A stretch of 48,215 nucleotides of DNA from a virus (lineage: Duplodnaviria; Caudoviricetes): the IMG/VR virus record IMGVR_UViG_3300039159_000220, positions 1 through 48,215 of that record. The stretch is one strand, 5' to 3'. The translations under genes were made by a program, and so were the position numbers. Under the pieces are notes generated by a model. That model ran no database searches and had not been told where the DNA came from. It worked only from the letters and a program-made list of their open reading frames with translations. Below, in pieces: positions 46,844-48,215 of this stretch. How positions within the stretch are numbered: the stretch's first letter is position 1; every line of letters begins with the position of its first letter.

Positions 46844-47943
46844 GCGTACTCCGTGATCATGCGCTGATACACGTCAAGGTTGAAGGCTACCAGCTCACGC
46901 TTTGGTAATTCAGATTTGACGCCGCCACCGATCGACGTCAACTGCTTGCCCTGTGCCGCATAGTGATGTGGATTTCCGGACACGAAGTAACAGCGGCGGT
47001 TGCCAGTTACGTTTTTGAGATTCACAAGGTAGGTCGCATTGACGGTGCCGACGATCCAGAACGGCACGTCAATAGGGTAGCGCTCGTGATACCAAGCGAC
47101 GATCGCGAGGTGCTGTTTCGTTAGTGCATCGGTGACGAGAAATTGCGTTGTGAAAACGACTTGCGGCATGGCCGCGACCATGGCATCCGTCAAGTCATCC
47201 GTCTTGATCCCAATACGTTTGAACCCAGGCGTGAACCAAGCCTGGCCACGGTCGGCGGTTAGCGACGTGCGTAGGTAGTTGAAGTATTGCTGCATACGCG
47301 CATCGGTGTAGTACGACGAGAAGATGATCGGCATCCAATAGGAGATGCCGATTTTCTGAAGCGCATGCGGGTCGGCGTACATCTCAGCGTTCCAAGCCGA
47401 TTCGAGAATGTCATCTTTGTTGATCGTGGCTAGGACGATCTTGGTCTTGGTCGGCAACATCAAATAGTCGTGCAGATCTTTTGAGGCAAACTTAGCGCCG
47501 GTCCAGACGCGCCCGAGACTGACAACCACGGCTTCCGTATCCTTCGGCACAAGGTAACCATCACTGTTAGCTAACGTCGAAACCGATCCAGCGGTGACGT
47601 AAAACAAGGCGTTGTTTTTGAACTCGATCACGGAACGCTTGGTGTACTGCCTTACGGGATTATTCCAATCATCCGTACCCGCAACTGCCAACATCTTCAC
47701 GTCACGTAACGGTGAGCGGCAACAGATCGCCGGCACCTGCACGGTGTAGCCTGCACATCCGTCGCACTGTGTGTAACAGTACTTGAAGTTGTCCGCCAGG
47801 ATAGCTTTGTGAGACGCTGTACACCCATCGCAACGACCGTCGTTCTTCACGTAGAGCTTACATGATGAGCAATTGTCTTTGCCGAGACAGGTTGACCGCG
47901 CCAAAAGTTCATCAGCTTTGTAATTCAATACGGGTAAACGCAT
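46840..47943 (-). CDS. DUF4417-like protein with N-terminal Cys-rich (metal-binding) region
   Basis: Likely start MRLPVL at 47943 (AAGGAG RBS); DDILESAWN...MPIIFSSYYTDARMQQYFNYLR resembles the DUF4417 consensus as I recall it; multiple CxxC motifs. Confidence 0.5.
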   Translation of the reverse strand: MRLPVLNYKADELLARSTCLGKDNCSSCKLYVKNDGRCDGCTASHKAILADNFKYCYTQCDGCAGYTVQVPAICCRSPLRDVKMLAVAGTDDWNNPVRQYTKRSVIEFKNNALFYVTAGSVSTLANSDGYLVPKDTEAVVVSLGRVWTGAKFASKDLHDYLMLPTKTKIVLATINKDDILESAWNAEMYADPHALQKIGISYWMPIIFSSYYTDARMQQYFNYLRTSLTADRGQAWFTPGFKRIGIKTDDLTDAMVAAMPQVVFTTQFLVTDALTKQHLAIVAWYHERYPIDVPFWIVGTVNATYLVNLKNVTGNRRCYFVSGNPHHYAAQGKQLTSIGGGVKSELPKRELVAFNLDVYQRMITEYA

Positions 47944-47967
47944 ACACTTCTCTGCTCCTTCTATCCT

Positions 47968-47996
47968 AAAAAAAAAGCACACTACCAACGTGTGCT
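47968..47996 (-). terminator. Rho-independent terminator after the basic-protein gene
   Basis: Minus strand AGCACAC-GTTGGTA-GTGTGCT followed by a long U run. Confidence 0.8.
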
Positions 47997-48036
47997 CTGA
48001 GCCGTGATGGCTCGGGAACCTAAACCCTAACTTGAG

Positions 48037-48215
48037 TTATTTAGGTGCTTTTTGTTTTGCGCCGACGCCACGCTTAGCTGAACTGCGAGTACCCTTACCG
48101 CCGCTTTTGCCAGCGGCTTTCTTCTTAGGTGCAGCGAAGTCTTTCGTTGCACCCTTCTTGCCTGGAGCCTGCTTTGCTTTAGCGGGAATCTTAAATTTCG
48201 TTGCACCCTTCTTGC
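48037..48215 (-). CDS. Lys/Ala-rich histone H1-like basic protein, C-terminal part (not in ORF track)
   Basis: Hand translation: KKGATKFKIPAKAKQAPGKKGATKDFAAPKKKAAGKSGGKGTRSSAKRGVGAKQKAPK*; a 20-bp repeat at 48142..48161 and 48196..48215 encodes KKGATK twice. Confidence 0.7.
   Translation of the reverse strand, partial: KKGATKFKIPAKAKQAPGKKGATKDFAAPKKKAAGKSGGKGTRSSAKRGVGAKQKAPK

Larger units (their letters stand above)
1..48215 (-). mobile_element. Myovirus (Herelleviridae-like head architecture) phage/prophage virion structural module
   Basis: Co-directional, tightly coupled portal, protease, capsid, neck, sheath, tube, tape measure, baseplate and fibre genes; no host housekeeping genes. 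Free phage vs prophage cannot be decided from the window. Confidence 0.95.

Noticed and set aside
1-48215. Stop-codon reassignment
   Set aside because: Genes are full length under the standard code, and TAG, TAA and TGA all terminate genes, often overlapping the next RBS (TAGGAG/TAAGGA).

Overview
The window is one continuous, densely coded minus-strand operon: the virion morphogenesis region of a contractile-tailed (myovirus) phage or prophage. Its head genes are organised like those of SPO1/Twort/A511 (Herelleviridae), but the DNA is visibly GC-rich (roughly 55-58% by eye). In transcription order (right to left) it encodes a Lys-rich basic protein, DUF4417-like and ParB/Srx proteins, small ORFs and the portal. 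Next comes a ~10.5 kb block with a sigma-70-like protein, an HTH protein, a small Zn-motif protein, a 1511-aa SWI2/SNF2 ATPase, a MuF-like minor head protein and a PI3K/HipA-like kinase. Then follow the prohead protease, scaffold, major capsid, neck proteins, sheath, tube, chaperones (candidate +1 frameshift), a tape measure with an M23 peptidase, hub, spike, a fused tube-initiator/LysM/gp25 protein, baseplate J, two paralogous beta-helix fibres, a gpI-like wedge and a partial fibre. The best candidate for a new system is the portal-to-protease block. Most of its proteins carry the hydrophobic-x-K^(A/S/G) motif found at the predicted capsid maturation site, and three share a short G-x-x-[RQ]-Y motif. 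This suggests protease-processed, capsid-packaged cargo (sigma-like factor, SNF2 motor, possibly the kinase) injected with the DNA. No terminase, integrase, lysis genes, tRNA or CRISPR array was recognised. All family calls come from motif recognition by eye, not database searches.
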